The notes: generated by a model from the sequence alone, not told the origin. Shown: positions 16,650-28,183, numbered from the stretch's first letter. The stretch is 64,000 nucleotides of DNA from an uncultured Chloroflexia bacterium (GCA_963726245.1 CAVSBT010000016.1:1-64000); one strand, 5' to 3'. Numbers and translations are program-made.

Positions 16650-17687
16650 ATGCCCGAACGCATCCTCTCCGGTAAGCCTCGCGAGGAAGACATAGCCCTC
16701 GATACGTCCCTGCGGCCCCGGCGGCTCGCCGACTACGTGGGCCAGGAGAAGATCAAGGACAACCTGCGCATCGCCATCGCCGCCGCCCAGCAGCGCGGCG
16801 AGCCCCTCGACCACGTCCTCCTCTACGGGCCGCCCGGCCTGGGCAAGACCACCCTCGCCTACATCATCGCCGCCGAGATGGGCGTGAGCATCCGCATCAC
16901 CTCGGGGCCGGCCATCGAGCGGCCGGGGGACCTCGCTGCCATCCTCACCAACCTCCAGCAGGACGACATCCTCTTCATCGACGAGATCCACCGCCTGGCG
17001 CGGTCGGTGGAGGAGATCCTCTACCCGGCCATGGAGGACTTCGGCCTGGACCTGGTGCTGGGCAAGGGCCCCGGCGCCCGCAGCGTGCGCCTGTCCCTCC
17101 CCCGCTTCACCCTCATCGGGGCCACGACGCGCTACGCCATGATGAGCCCGCCGCTGCGCGACCGCTTCGGCGCCGTCTATCGCCTGGACTTCTACGACCG
17201 GGAGGCGATAGCGGCCATCATCCGCCGCAGCGCCCGCATACTGGCGGTGGAGATCGAGGAGGGCGGCACGCAGGAGGTCGCGCGCCGGGCCCGCGGCACG
17301 CCCCGCGTCGCCAACCGGCTCCTGAGGCGCGTCCGCGACTACGCCCAGGTGATGGCCGACGGCGTCATCACGGAGCCCGTCGCGCGGGAGGCGCTCGCCC
17401 GCCTGGAGATCGACGACCTGGGGCTGGACGAGGTGGACCACAAGGTGCTGCGCTCCATCATCGAGAAGTTCGACGGCGGGCCCGTGGGGCTGGACACCAT
17501 CGCCGCCTCCATCTCGGAGGAGTCCGACACCATCATGGACGTCTACGAGCCCTACCTGATGCAGGTGGGCTTCATCCAGCGCACGCCCCGCGGCCGGGTG
17601 GCCACGCGCCTCGCCTACGAGCACCTGGGCCTGCCGCCCAAGGGGCCGGCGCCCTCGGCCCAGCCGCAGTTGTGGGACACGCCCTGA
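16650..17687 (+). CDS. ruvB: Holliday junction branch migration helicase RuvB
   Basis: [29 protein letters not shown] and [13 protein letters not shown] motifs. Confidence 0.97.
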   Translation: MPERILSGKPREEDIALDTSLRPRRLADYVGQEKIKDNLRIAIAAAQQRGEPLDHVLLYGPPGLGKTTLAYIIAAEMGVSIRITSGPAIERPGDLAAILTNLQQDDILFIDEIHRLARSVEEILYPAMEDFGLDLVLGKGPGARSVRLSLPRFTLIGATTRYAMMSPPLRDRFGAVYRLDFYDREAIAAIIRRSARILAVEIEEGGTQEVARRARGTPRVANRLLRRVRDYAQVMADGVITEPVAREALARLEIDDLGLDEVDHKVLRSIIEKFDGGPVGLDTIAASISEESDTIMDVYEPYLMQVGFIQRTPRGRVATRLAYEHLGLPPKGPAPSAQPQLWDTP

Positions 17688-17699
17688 CCGGCCACACGC

Positions 17700-18251
17700 C
17701 CGAAGAACGTCATCGCCGTTCCATCCGGCTGCCAGCGATATGATTACGCATCGCCCGGCGCCTATTTCGTGACAGTCTGCGCGTACGGCAAGGAATGTAT
17801 CTTTGACGTGCCGGAGTTGCGCGAGGCCATAGAGGAAGCGTGGCACCAGATCCCTTTTCATTTTCCGAACGCCAGATTGGACGAAGCCGTTGTCATGCCA
17901 AATCACCTGCATGGCATTGTCTGGATAGTCGTAGGGGCGCAGCATGCTGCGCCCCTACATGCTGGCCGTACACGAACCGGTCAAGCTCTGGCTCTCTGGG
18001 GGCTGTTGTGCGTTCCTTCAAGTCCGCCGCAGCCAAACGTGTGAATGAGATCCGCGGCACGCCCGGCGCGCCCGTCTGGCAGCGCAACTACTACGAGCGG
18101 GTGATCCGCGACGAGGATGAGTTGAGCTAGCATCCGCGAGTACATCGGCCTCAACCCGTTGAAGTGGGAGCTTGACCGCGAGAACCTCCATCACGTGGCG
18201 AGCCGCGAGTACACAAGGCAGTGGGGCTGGCTGGAAGGAGACCAGGAGTAG
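17700..18251 (+). mobile_element. REP-associated tyrosine transposase (RAYT, Y1/IS200-like); disrupted or frameshifted
   Basis: RRSIRL..YDY..GAYFVTVC, VVMPNHLHG (HUH), VRSFKS, VWQRNYYERVIRD and YI..NP motifs. Confidence 0.8.
17931..17958. repeat. GTAG-type REP palindrome inside the RAYT
   Basis: Perfect palindrome GTAGGGGCGCAGCATGCTGCGCCCCTAC. Confidence 0.85.
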
Positions 18252-18377
18252 GGGCGCAGCATGCTGCGCCCAACCTGCCGGCCGACCAGCGCGCTAAGCC
18301 CTGCCCCCAACCGTAGGGGTGCCCCTCGCGGGCGCCCGCAACGCGCCGTCGCGGGCAGGGGCGAGCCCTGCCCCTAC
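18248..18377. repeat. REP cluster downstream of the RAYT
   Basis: GTAGGGGCGCAGCATGCTGCGCCC and GTAGGGG...CCCCTAC doublet. Confidence 0.8.
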
Positions 18378-18404
18378 CTGGGGCGAGGGTGGTAGGCACC
18401 GAGG

Positions 18405-18611
18405 CTAGAGGCGCAGTGCCAGCAGCTCCTGCTCGATGGCGCCGCCCTTGACCCGCACCTGCAGGTAGCTGACGCGGACCTTCACCGGCTTGCTGCCCTC
18501 CTCGATGAAGATCTCGTCCCCCTTTTGAAAGCGATACTCAGTGTTCAGGGTCACGAGCAGCTTGTCCTTGCGCTGGGTGAACGGGTCCGCCTCATAGATA
18601 TCGACTTTCAT
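18405..18611 (-). CDS. Small hypothetical protein
   Basis: 68-aa ORF with coding-like composition, directly downstream of the ABC pair. Confidence 0.6.
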   Translation of the reverse strand: MKVDIYEADPFTQRKDKLLVTLNTEYRFQKGDEIFIEEGSKPVKVRVSYLQVRVKGGAIEQELLALRL

Positions 18612-18637
18612 CTGTCACCTCGCCCGTGGGGCGCTCG

Positions 18638-20583
18638 CTAGCCGGCCGCCGCCGGGTCCGTCGATGGGTTCTCGGCTGTCCCGCCTGCCGGCGAGGCGGG
18701 CCTCAGGCCATCGCCGCCGGGCCGTCGCTCCTCGTAGGTCATCCGGTAGAGCCTGGCGTAGAGGCCGCCCTGGGCCAGGAGCTCTTCGTGCCTTCCCGCC
18801 TCCACGATGCGGCCCCCGTCCATGACCACCACCCGGTCGGCGCCGCGCACCGTCGAGAGGCGGTGGGCGATGACGAACGAAGTGCGGCCCTTCAGAGAGC
18901 CTCTTGAGGGCGCGCTGGATGACCACCTCGGTGCGGGTGTCCACGTTGGCCGTGGCCTCGTCGAGGATGAGGATGCGCGGGTCGGCCAGAACGGCGCGCG
19001 CGAAGCTGATGAGCTGCCGCTGCCCCACCGACAGGTTCTGGCCCCGCTCGTGGAGAACGGTGTCGTAGCCCTGCTCCAGGCGGACGATGAAGTCGTGGGC
19101 GCCCACGGCGCGGGCCGCTTTCTCCACCTCCTCGTCGCTGGCCTCCAGCCGGCCGTAGCGGATGTTGTCTCGCACGGTGCCCGAGAAGAGGAAGGGGTCC
19201 TGGAGGACCATGCCCATCCGGCGGGTCAGCGATTGCCGGCGGATATCGCGGATGTCGTGGCCGTCGATGAGGAGCCGTCCCCCCGTCACGTCGTAGAAGC
19301 GGGCGATGAGGGCGGTGACGCTGGTCTTGCCGGCGCCCGTCGGTCCCACCAGGGCGATGGTCTCGCCGGGGCGGACGTGCAGGGAGATGTCGTGCAGCAC
19401 CTCCACGTCCTCGACGTAGCTGAAGCTGACGTGGTCGAACACCACTTCGCCGCGGATGTCCTCCAGGTCCAGGGCGTCGCCCGCGTCCTCGATATCCGGC
19501 CGCGTGTCCAGCACCTCGAAGACGCGCTCGCCGCCGGCCATGGCCCGCTGGAGCTGCGTGTACTGGAGCACGAGGTCGCGCACCGGGTCGAAGAAGCGCT
19601 GGATGTAGAGGGCGAAGGTCAGGATGAAGCTGACGCCCACCACGGGGTCCAGGGAGCGGTTGAGGACCCGCTGCCCGCCCACGATGATGACGATGGCCAG
19701 CGCCGTGGCCGACAGGATCTCGACCACGGGCATCACCACGGCCTGGAGGCGGCCGGCCTCGATGTTGGCCTCCAGGTTGTCGGCGTTGATCGTGTCGAAG
19801 CGGCGGACGTTCTCTCCTTCTCGCGACAGGCTCTGGATGACGCGCACGCCGGAGACGTTCTCCTGGAGGTTGGCGTTGACGACGGCGATGGCCTGACGCA
19901 CCTGGATGAAGGCCCGTCGCGCCCGGCGCTGCCACAGGGCCATGATCACGATCAGCACCGGCATCACGGTCATGGTCAGGAGGGCCAACTGCACGTCCTG
20001 GATGAGGAGGAAGAAGACGATGAGCACCAGGCCCACGAAGTCGGAGAAGATGGTGAGGACGCCGGTGGTGAGGAGATCCTGGAGGACGGTCACGTCGCTC
20101 GTCATGCGCGACATGACGCGACCCACCTCGTTGTGGTCGTGGAAGCGCAGCGACAGCTTCTGGAGGTGGTCGAACATCTGGGTGCGCAACGTGTAGAGGA
20201 TGCGATGGCCCATGTAGCCGGTGGTGGCGAGCTGCACGTACTGGGCGCCCCAGCTTACGAAGACCAGCGAAGATGAAGATGCCGCCCAGGAGGTTCAAGC
20301 CGGCCATGTTGCCGCTGGCGATGGGGCCGCGCACGGCCTGGCCGATGAGGAGCGGCTGGACGTAGGAGGCGGCGGCGTAGACCAGCATGCTGCCGAAGGA
20401 GAGAACCGCCTGCGCCTTGTAGGGCGCCAGGTAGCGGGCCAGCCGCGACATGACGCGGTGGTCATAGACCCGGCCCAGGACCTCTTCGTCCCAGCCGTCG
20501 ATGCTGCGCCGCAGCCGGAGCCCGGCAGGGTTGGTTACGCTATGGCTCCAGCCGCCGGCTGCTCCGCCGCCCCAATAGGCCAT
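18638..20583 (-). CDS. ABC exporter, fused TMD-NBD (heterodimer subunit B); frameshifts ~20260 and ~18895
   Basis: [21 protein letters not shown] and IAHRLST motifs. Confidence 0.88.
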
Positions 20584-20601
20584 CCTGACTTCCTCTCCTC
20601 C

Positions 20602-22476
20602 CTAGCTGCCCCCGGACGTTGAGGCCAGGCTTTCCTCTCCCGCCGCATGTTCAGAGAGGGCGGCCGCCTCGGCCTCTTCCCCTCGACCGGCACGGACAAG
20701 CGCCTCCTCCTGGTCCCGGAGCTCCAGGTCGTAGATCTCGCGGTAGAAGCCGCCGCGCTTCAGCAGCTCCTCGTGGCGGCCCCGCTCCACGATCTGGCCG
20801 TTGCGCAGCACCAGGATCTGGTCGGCCGCCTTCACCGTGCGCAGCCGCTGGGCGATGACGAAGGTGGTGCGTCCACTCATGAGCTCGGCCAGGGCCTGCT
20901 GGATGAGGTACTCCGTCTCCGTGTCCACGCTGGAGGTGGAGTCGTCGAGAATGAGGATGGGCGGGTCCATGAGCAGCGTCCGGGCGATGGCGACCCGCTG
21001 CTTCTGCCCGCCGGAGAGGGTGATGCCGCGCTCGCCGACCCAGGTGTCGTAGCCCTCCGGCAGGCTCATGACGAAGTCGTGGATGCGGGCCGCCTTCGCC
21101 GCCCGGACGATCTCCTCCTCGCCGGCATCCAGCGCTCCGTAGGCGATGTTGTCGCGGATCGTGGCCGAGAAGAGGAAGACGTCCTGCTGGACGATGCCGA
21201 AGCAGCGGCGGAGCGACGCCAGCGTCACGTCGCGGATGTCGATGCCGTCGATGGTGATGCGGCCGCCGGTGACGTCGTAGAAACGGGGCATGAGGTTGAC
21301 GACGGTGCTCTTGCCGCTGCCGGTGGGCCCCAGCAGGGCGACCACCTGGCCGGGTCGAGCCTCCAGGGTCACGTCGCGGAGGACGGGGCTGATGACGTCA
21401 TAGCTGAAGGAGACGTCCTCGAAACGCACGCGACCCTTCACCGAGCGCAGCTCCGCCGCGCCCGGCTTGTCCTTCACAGCCGACTCCGCGTCCAGGATTT
21501 CGTAGATACGCTCCCCGGACGATTGCGCTCGTGCGAAGAGGATGACCACCCAGCCCAGAACCCGCACCGGCATCTGGAGAAGGGTGAGGTAGAGCATGAA
21601 AGCCGTCAACTCCCCGACCTGAAGGCGGCCGGCCACGATCTCGCGCCCTCCGAACCAGATGGTGGCCGCGGTTGCCATCATCCAGAGCGCGGTCAGCATG
21701 GGGCTGTTGGTGGCTTGAATGCGGTTTGTGGCATAGGAGTCGCGGAAGAGCGCCGCGGCCTCAGCCGCAAACTTCTTGCTCTCGTGCTCCTCGCGGGAAA
21801 AGGCCTTCACCACACGCACACCCGTGAGGCTCTCCTGCATGACCGTCCCCAGGCGGGCGAGGCCGTCCTGGACACGCAGCCAGATGGGACGCAGTTGCGT
21901 GGTCATGACCACGGAGCGCCAGGCGATGAAGGGCAGGAAGGCCCAGCTCACCAGCGTCAGACGCCAGTCGTTGAACAGCATCACCAGCAGGACCACGACC
22001 AGCAGGAGGACGATGTAGAGCAGCCGGAGGACGCCCATGCTGATGAACATGCGCACGCCCTCGACGTCCTGCGTGGCCCTGGACATGAGCTGCCCCGTCT
22101 GGGCCTTGTCGTGGTAGGCGTAGCTGAGGCGCTGGAGATGGTCGTAGATGGCGTTGCGCAGGTCGTAGGCCACGCGCTGGGAGATCCACTCCGATAGGTA
22201 GGTCTGGCCATAGGCGAACACGCCGCGCCCAATCGCCGCCCCCACGATAGCGAGGGCAGCGATGACCAGCGTGTGGGTGCTGCCGAGGGCAACGCCGGTT
22301 TGGCTGGCGCCGCCCACGCCCTCGATGCGCACCCGTAGGCCGGTGTCGATGGCCCAGGCCACCAACTGCGGCGACACCAGGACGAAGACGCTGGCGCCGA
22401 GAACACATAGCCAGGCGAATAGAACGCGGCGTTTGTAAGGTCGCAGGAAGCTGAGGAGCCGGATGAGGACGTGCAT
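20602..22476 (-). CDS. ABC exporter, fused TMD-NBD (heterodimer subunit A, degenerate site)
   Basis: GPTGSGKS, LSGGQKQR, ILDDST and IAQRL motifs. Confidence 0.92.
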   Translation of the reverse strand: MHVLIRLLSFLRPYKRRVLFAWLCVLGASVFVLVSPQLVAWAIDTGLRVRIEGVGGASQTGVALGSTHTLVIAALAIVGAAIGRGVFAYGQTYLSEWISQRVAYDLRNAIYDHLQRLSYAYHDKAQTGQLMSRATQDVEGVRMFISMGVLRLLYIVLLLVVVLLVMLFNDWRLTLVSWAFLPFIAWRSVVMTTQLRPIWLRVQDGLARLGTVMQESLTGVRVVKAFSREEHESKKFAAEAAALFRDSYATNRIQATNSPMLTALWMMATAATIWFGGREIVAGRLQVGELTAFMLYLTLLQMPVRVLGWVVILFARAQSSGERIYEILDAESAVKDKPGAAELRSVKGRVRFEDVSFSYDVISPVLRDVTLEARPGQVVALLGPTGSGKSTVVNLMPRFYDVTGGRITIDGIDIRDVTLASLRRCFGIVQQDVFLFSATIRDNIAYGALDAGEEEIVRAAKAARIHDFVMSLPEGYDTWVGERGITLSGGQKQRVAIARTLLMDPPILILDDSTSSVDTETEYLIQQALAELMSGRTTFVIAQRLRTVKAADQILVLRNGQIVERGRHEELLKRGGFYREIYDLELRDQEEALVRAGRGEEAEAAALSEHAAGEESLASTSGGS

Positions 22477-22596
22477 CGTGTCTAGCCGGGGCGCCCCGAG
22501 CCCTGTGCCGGGCGGGCCCGCCGGTGGCGGTCTGGAATTATTGTACCATCGGGTGTGCTAGAATTTTCCTTGCACACCCATCGAGGACAGGTTCAC

Positions 22597-23271
22597 GTGC
22601 TTACCGCTGTCCGATTTGCGATGCGACCCATGGTCCTCGGCGATATCCCGCAGGTGGTGGATATCGAACGGGAATCCTTTCAGTCCACATGGCCCCATGC
22701 CACCTACAAGCGGGAGCTCCAGAACCACCTGGCCCGCTATCTCGTCCTCGTCCAGCAGCCGCCCGAGGGGTCGCCTACGCCGCCGGTCCCAGAGCGACAC
22801 CCTCGGGCGTGGCGAGACACCATGCGCCGCCTGTTCAACCTCCGGCCCCCGCCCGAACCTACTCGAGAGCTCATCCTCGGCTTCATGGGCCTGTGGCTGC
22901 TGGTCGAAGAGGCCCACATCGTCACCCTGGCGGTGCGGGAAGGTCAGCGTCGACGCGGCCTTGGCGAACTGCTCCTCATCGCCGCCATCGACATGGCGCT
23001 GGCCCAGGAGTTCGAGAGGATGACCCTGGAGGTGCGCCGCTCCAACGAGGCGGCAGTCGCCCTGTACATCAAGTACGGCTTCACCCGTGTAGGAGTGAGG
23101 TCTCGTTACTACGAAAACCGTGAAGACGCCCTCATCATGACTACCCCTCACCTGAGCTCCGAGGCCTTTCGAGAACACTACCAGTCCCTGAAAGAGGCGC
23201 ACCAGCGGCGTTGGGACCGTAGTCTTCCCGATGGTCTCTGGGCGAAAGGAGCCCCCTGGCCGCCGGCTTGA
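22597..23271 (+). CDS. rimI: Ribosomal protein S18 alanine N-acetyltransferase
   Basis: EAHIVTLAV..RRRGLGE, LEVRRSNEAAVALY and YYENREDALIM motifs; start approximate. Confidence 0.85.
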   Translation: MLTAVRFAMRPMVLGDIPQVVDIERESFQSTWPHATYKRELQNHLARYLVLVQQPPEGSPTPPVPERHPRAWRDTMRRLFNLRPPPEPTRELILGFMGLWLLVEEAHIVTLAVREGQRRRGLGELLLIAAIDMALAQEFERMTLEVRRSNEAAVALYIKYGFTRVGVRSRYYENREDALIMTTPHLSSEAFREHYQSLKEAHQRRWDRSLPDGLWAKGAPWPPA

Positions 23272-23341
23272 CCCCGCGAGGGCGGTCGACTAGAATCTGC
23301 ATGAATCTGGATGCTTATGCGGGTAGGCGGTTAGTCGTATC

Positions 23342-23794
23342 ATGGCTCTAAAGGAACAACTGAACAGCGACCTAAGAGAAGGCCTCAGAAGCGGCGACGA
23401 GACTCGCAAGGCCGCCTTGCGCATGGTCCTCGCCGCTCTCCACAACGCCGAGATCGCGGCCGGCGGGGAGATTGACGACAGCGGGGTCCTGGGCATCCTC
23501 ACCAAAGAGGTCAAGCAGCGACGGGAGAGCATCGAGGAGTTCCGCAAGGGCGGTCGTGAGGACCTGGTAGCCCGGGAGGAAGCCCAACTGGCCTTCATCC
23601 TACCGTACCTGCCTCAGCAAATGACGCGCGAGGAGATAGTCGAGGCGGCGCGCGCCGTCATCGCTGAGGTGGGCGCAAAAGGCGCCGGCGACAAGGCCAA
23701 GGTGATGCCCGTTCTCGTCAACCAGCTCCGCGGTCGCGCCGACGGGCGAGAGATCAACGCTGTCGTCACCGAGCTGCTGGCCGGTTCGGCCTAG
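23342..23794 (+). CDS. yqeY: GatB/YqeY domain protein
   Basis: KEVKQRRESIEEF..GREDL, YLPQQM and GRADG motifs. Confidence 0.9.
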   Translation: MALKEQLNSDLREGLRSGDETRKAALRMVLAALHNAEIAAGGEIDDSGVLGILTKEVKQRRESIEEFRKGGREDLVAREEAQLAFILPYLPQQMTREEIVEAARAVIAEVGAKGAGDKAKVMPVLVNQLRGRADGREINAVVTELLAGSA

Positions 23795-23929
23795 CCGGCC
23801 CCCCGTTCGAGCCGCCTGTCCTCCTCACCCTCTCCATCTCCTTTGTCTCTTCCTTTCTGCTATCATGTCTGCGCCGAGGGCAGGCCTCAGCGGGCTTGAG
23901 CGAGGGAAGGCCGCTCCGGCGTCGATGCC

Positions 23930-26161
23930 ATGATCAGCCGTTCTCGATCTCACGGTGGAATCAGCGGCGCACAGGTCCTGGGCTTCACCGCCGTCCTGGC
24001 GCTCGCCCTCGGGCTGGCCCTCTTTCCCGCCTTCCCGCGCCAGCTAAAGGTGCGTGAGGGCGACGTCGTCTCACGCACCTTCCGCGCTCCGCGCGACATC
24101 TCCTTCCAGAGCGACGTGCTGACAGAGAAGCGGCGCGAGGAAGCAGCAGCCGCCGTGCCGGACAGCGTGATCTTTGATCCCAGCGTGCGAACGGACGAGC
24201 TGGCCAAGCTGGATGGCGTGCTGAGTCAGGTGACGGAGGTGCGTGGCTCATTGGCCCTCACCCCCCAGGCCAAGACCAGCGCCCTGGGACACATCGCCAA
24301 CCTCAACCTCTCTCAGCGGTCATCCACCCTGGTGCTCAGTTTCACCGACGAGCAGTGGGTCGCCGTCAACAACGAAGCCCGTCGTGTCCTCTCCGATGTG
24401 CTGAGCCAGTCCATAGGGACAGAGGCCACCAATTCGGCCCGCGATCGCGTCCACGAGGTCATATCCCAGGATCTGAGCAGCGATCAGGCTCTGGTGGTGG
24501 AAGACCTGGCGAGTCCTCTGGTGGTGGCCAACCTCCGCGTCGACCAGGCGCGAACCGACGAGGCGAAGGCGGCGGCGCGGGCGGCCATCGTTCCCGTGCA
24601 GGTCAGCTTCACCAGAAACCAGGTGATCGTGCAAAGCGGAAGCGTTGTCGACGCCACCCAGCTCGAGACGCTGCGGGAGGCCGGCCTCCTGTCGCCCGGT
24701 CTGCGCTGGGACACCGGCGCTGCCGCCGCCCTTGTCGCCTTGATGGCGGCGGGCTTTCTCGGCGCCTACCTCTACCTGTTTCAGCTCCCCGGCGTCCAGT
24801 CCAACCGACACCTACTGATGATCATCCTGCTGGTGGTCGCACCCGTCCTGGTGGCGAAGCTCTACCTCCCACTCATCCTACCCGACGAGTCGCGGCACTT
24901 CCTGGCCTACATGCTGCCGCTGGCAGCAGCCCCCATGCTCGTCGCCACGCTCCTGGAGGCCGAGCTTGCGGTTGCGGTCGTTGCTCTCCTGACTGCTCTT
25001 CTGACCTTCACCGCTGTCTACCTGCCCGACTTCTCCGGCATCGCCGCCTTGGGCCCTCTGGACTCGTTGCGCATGGCGCTGGTCATGGGCTTTGGGGGTC
25101 TGGCAGGCGTTTTCACCCTCTACCGCGCCGAGAAGCTGAACAGGAACCTTGTGGCCGGCTTTGTCGTGGCCGCCACGGTGATCGCCGTGCTCATGGGCGT
25201 ATGGCTCCTGGACGCCGAGCGGCGTACTGCGGACATCCCCTGGATGGTGGCCGCGGCCGGCTTGAACGGCCTCCTTTCGGCGTTCATCGCGCTGGGCGCC
25301 TTCCTGGGTTTCGCCTTCCTGTTCGGCATCACCACCAGAGTGCAGCTCATGGAGCTATCTCAGATCAATCAGCCGCTGCTGCGCCGCCTTCAGGACGAGG
25401 CCCCCGGCACCTTCCACCACAGCATCATCGTTGGCAACCTGGGCGAACGGGCCGCCGACGCCATCGGCGCCGACTCACTGCTCGTGAGAGTGGGCTGCTA
25501 CTACCACGACATCGGCAAGCTTCTACAACCCGGCTTCTACATGGAGAACCAGATGGGCGGGGAGAACCCCCACGAGCGACTGGAGCCCCAGGTCAGCGCC
25601 CAGATTGTCTTGGAGCACGTGCGCGGAGGGCTGGAGCTGGCCCGGAAATACCGCCTGCCCCGAAGGGTGTCCGCCTTCATACCGGAGCACCACGGCACCC
25701 GTCTGGTGACCTACTTCTTCCGCAAAGCCAGCCAGGAGCGCAGCGAGGTGGACGCCGCCGACTTCACCTATCCCGGCCCCAGGCCGCAGACCCGTGAGAC
25801 CGCCCTGGGCATGCTCGCCGACTCCGTGGAGGCGACGGTGCGCAGCAGCCCCGACCACTCGCCGGAGCGGATCGACGCCCTCGTGGAGGAGGTGATCAGC
25901 GAGCGAGTGGCCGAGGGCCAGATGGACGACTGCGAACTCACGCTCCGGGACCTGAAGACCATCGCCGAATCCTTCAAGGCCACGCTGCGGGGCGTCTACC
26001 ATCCGCGCCTGGAGTACCCACAGCCCACGGCGGCGGAAAAGCGAAAAGCCCTTTCCCTGGTCCGCTTCCCCTTCCGGGGCGCGGCATTCCCGCAACAAAC
26101 CCCGCGGCTTCTAGACGTCCGGCGCCGTCCCAAGGGCGGCAAGGCCCGGCGCGATCTCTGA
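23930..26161 (+). CDS. pgpH: 7TM-HD phosphohydrolase (PgpH-like c-di-AMP phosphodiesterase)
   Basis: EAPGTFHHS, YYHDIGK, EHHGT, YPGPRPQ and LADSVEA motifs; TM region. Confidence 0.85.
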   Translation: MISRSRSHGGISGAQVLGFTAVLALALGLALFPAFPRQLKVREGDVVSRTFRAPRDISFQSDVLTEKRREEAAAAVPDSVIFDPSVRTDELAKLDGVLSQVTEVRGSLALTPQAKTSALGHIANLNLSQRSSTLVLSFTDEQWVAVNNEARRVLSDVLSQSIGTEATNSARDRVHEVISQDLSSDQALVVEDLASPLVVANLRVDQARTDEAKAAARAAIVPVQVSFTRNQVIVQSGSVVDATQLETLREAGLLSPGLRWDTGAAAALVALMAAGFLGAYLYLFQLPGVQSNRHLLMIILLVVAPVLVAKLYLPLILPDESRHFLAYMLPLAAAPMLVATLLEAELAVAVVALLTALLTFTAVYLPDFSGIAALGPLDSLRMALVMGFGGLAGVFTLYRAEKLNRNLVAGFVVAATVIAVLMGVWLLDAERRTADIPWMVAAAGLNGLLSAFIALGAFLGFAFLFGITTRVQLMELSQINQPLLRRLQDEAPGTFHHSIIVGNLGERAADAIGADSLLVRVGCYYHDIGKLLQPGFYMENQMGGENPHERLEPQVSAQIVLEHVRGGLELARKYRLPRRVSAFIPEHHGTRLVTYFFRKASQERSEVDAADFTYPGPRPQTRETALGMLADSVEATVRSSPDHSPERIDALVEEVISERVAEGQMDDCELTLRDLKTIAESFKATLRGVYHPRLEYPQPTAAEKRKALSLVRFPFRGAAFPQQTPRLLDVRRRPKGGKARRDL

Positions 26162-26230
26162 CCCCCCTGCCACGCCGCCTCCGCCTCACGTATAATGGCC
26201 CCGGAAAGGATAGCGGAGCAGGAGTAGCCC

Positions 26231-26935
26231 TTGCGATTCGCGGTGCTGGTCTTCCCCGGTACTTGGAGCGACGGTGACTGCTACCACGTCGTCCGCGAGA
26301 TCCTGGGCCAGCCTGTGGACTACGTCTGGCACCGTGAACGCGACCTCTCCGGGTACGACTGCCTGATCCTCCCCGGCGGCTTCTCCTACGGCGACTACCT
26401 GCGCTGCGGCGCCATCGCCCGCTTCTCGCCCGTGATGGAGGCCGTGGCCCGCCACGCCGAGGCCGGACGCCTGGTCATGGGCATCTGCAACGGCTTTCAG
26501 ATTGTCTGCGAGGCGGGCCTCCTGCCCGGCGTGCTCCGTCGCAACGATAGCCTCCAGTTCCGCTGCCAGCCGGTCGACCTGCGCGTGGAGACGGTCGATA
26601 CGCCCTACACGCGGGAGTGCCGCGTGGGGCAGGTGCTGCGTATCCCCATCGCTCACGGCGAGGGCAGCTACTACGCCGACGAGGCGACCCTGGACCGCCT
26701 GGAGGCCCGCGGGCAGGTGGTGTTCCGCTACTGCACGCCGGAGGGGCTGGTGACGCCGGAGGCCAACCCCAACGGCTCCCTGCGCAACATCGCCGGCATC
26801 ATCAACGAGCGCGGCAACGTGCTGGGGATGATGCCCCACCCGGAGCGGGCCAGCGAGCGCCTCATGGGCGGCGAGGACGGCCTCTTCATCTGGCGCTCCC
26901 TGTTGGGGAGCGCTGTGGGCGCCCTGGCGGGCTAG
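26231..26935 (+). CDS. purQ: FGAM synthase glutaminase subunit
   Basis: [23 protein letters not shown] and MMPHPER motifs. Confidence 0.96.
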   Translation: MRFAVLVFPGTWSDGDCYHVVREILGQPVDYVWHRERDLSGYDCLILPGGFSYGDYLRCGAIARFSPVMEAVARHAEAGRLVMGICNGFQIVCEAGLLPGVLRRNDSLQFRCQPVDLRVETVDTPYTRECRVGQVLRIPIAHGEGSYYADEATLDRLEARGQVVFRYCTPEGLVTPEANPNGSLRNIAGIINERGNVLGMMPHPERASERLMGGEDGLFIWRSLLGSAVGALAG

Positions 26936-26955
26936 CTGAAGTCAAGGAGGACGAC

Positions 26956-27534
26956 ATGGCAACGGCAACCCCTGCCTACCCCGTTACGTTCGACGTTGAG
27001 TACCCGGAGCGGCTCTCGCGGTGGCTGATCTTCTTCAAGTGGCTCCTGGCCTTCCCCCATCTCCTCATCCTCGGTGTCCTTACCTATCTAGTGGAGCTGA
27101 CCACCTTCATCTCCTGGTTCGCCATCCTTTTCACGGGGCGCTACCCCAAGGCTCTTTTCGACCTGGCGGTGGTCTACTTTCGGTGGGACGCGCGGGTCAC
27201 CGCGTATATGGCACTCTTGCGCGACGAGTACCCTCCCTTCGGCGGCGGCAACCCTGAGTATCCTGTTCACCTCGACATACAGTACCCGGAGAAGCTCTCT
27301 CGGCTCCTTATCTTCGTCAAGTGGCTGCTCGCCATCCCCCACCTCATCATCCTGGCGGTCCTGGGTTTGCTGGGCTTCGCGGTCTACGTGATAGCGTGGT
27401 TCGCCATCCTGTTCACGGGCCGCTTTCCGCGCTCTCTCTTCGACTTCCTGGTGGGCATCGGGCGCTGGTACATGCGCGTGAGCGCCTACGTCTGGCTGAT
27501 GCGCGACGAATACCCGCCGTTCAGCCTGTCGTGA
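26956..27534 (+). CDS. DUF4389 membrane protein (two repeats)
   Basis: WFAILFTGRYP and RDEYPPF, each twice. Confidence 0.85.
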   Translation: MATATPAYPVTFDVEYPERLSRWLIFFKWLLAFPHLLILGVLTYLVELTTFISWFAILFTGRYPKALFDLAVVYFRWDARVTAYMALLRDEYPPFGGGNPEYPVHLDIQYPEKLSRLLIFVKWLLAIPHLIILAVLGLLGFAVYVIAWFAILFTGRFPRSLFDFLVGIGRWYMRVSAYVWLMRDEYPPFSLS

Positions 27535-27546
27535 GAGGAGGCTGAG

Positions 27547-28158
27547 ATGGAGCAACCCGCCTCTTACCCCATCGCCTACGACGTGCCCTACAAGGAGAAG
27601 CTGGGGCGGCTCTCAACGGGTTTCCGCGCCATACTGGCCATCCCCCAGGTGCTAATCGTGGGCGGGCCGGGCACCGGCTGGGGCGCCAACAGCCAGACCG
27701 GTCTGTTCGGCGCCGTCATCGCCATCACGTCAGTGGTCTCCTGGTTCGCCATCATGTTCACCGGGCGCTACCCGCGCGGCCTCTGGGACATGGCGAAGAT
27801 GTACATGCGATGGCGGGCCAACGTGGTCACGTACACCGCCCTGCTGCGAGACGAATACCCGCCTTTCGGCGAGGGCTCCTACCCGGTCACTTTCGAGGCC
27901 GAGTACCCCGAGCGCAGCAGCCGCTGGAGCGTCGGCTTTCGCCTCATCCTGGTCATTCCGCACGTTGTGGTGCTCTTCTTCGTGATGCTCGTCTGGCTGG
28001 CGACGGTCATCATCGCCTGGTTCGCCATCCTCTTCACCGGTCGCTACCCAAAGGGCTTGTTCCAGTTCGGCGTCGGCGCAATGCGCTGGACACTGCGTGT
28101 GCAGGCCTATCTGTACCTAATGCGGGACGAGTACCCGCCGTTCAGTCTGGCCCCTTAA
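27547..28158 (+). CDS. DUF4389 membrane protein (two repeats)
   Basis: WFAI.FTGRYP and RDEYPPF, each twice. Confidence 0.85.
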   Translation: MEQPASYPIAYDVPYKEKLGRLSTGFRAILAIPQVLIVGGPGTGWGANSQTGLFGAVIAITSVVSWFAIMFTGRYPRGLWDMAKMYMRWRANVVTYTALLRDEYPPFGEGSYPVTFEAEYPERSSRWSVGFRLILVIPHVVVLFFVMLVWLATVIIAWFAILFTGRYPKGLFQFGVGAMRWTLRVQAYLYLMRDEYPPFSLAP

Positions 28159-28183
28159 GGCCACCTCGGAGGGAGGCTCCTGA

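Noticed and set aside
14177-25797. Long antisense or alternate-frame ORFs (e.g. 14177-15655, 18807-20276, 20647-22197, 24355-25797)
   Set aside because: These are shadow ORFs typical of high-GC coding DNA, with no motifs.
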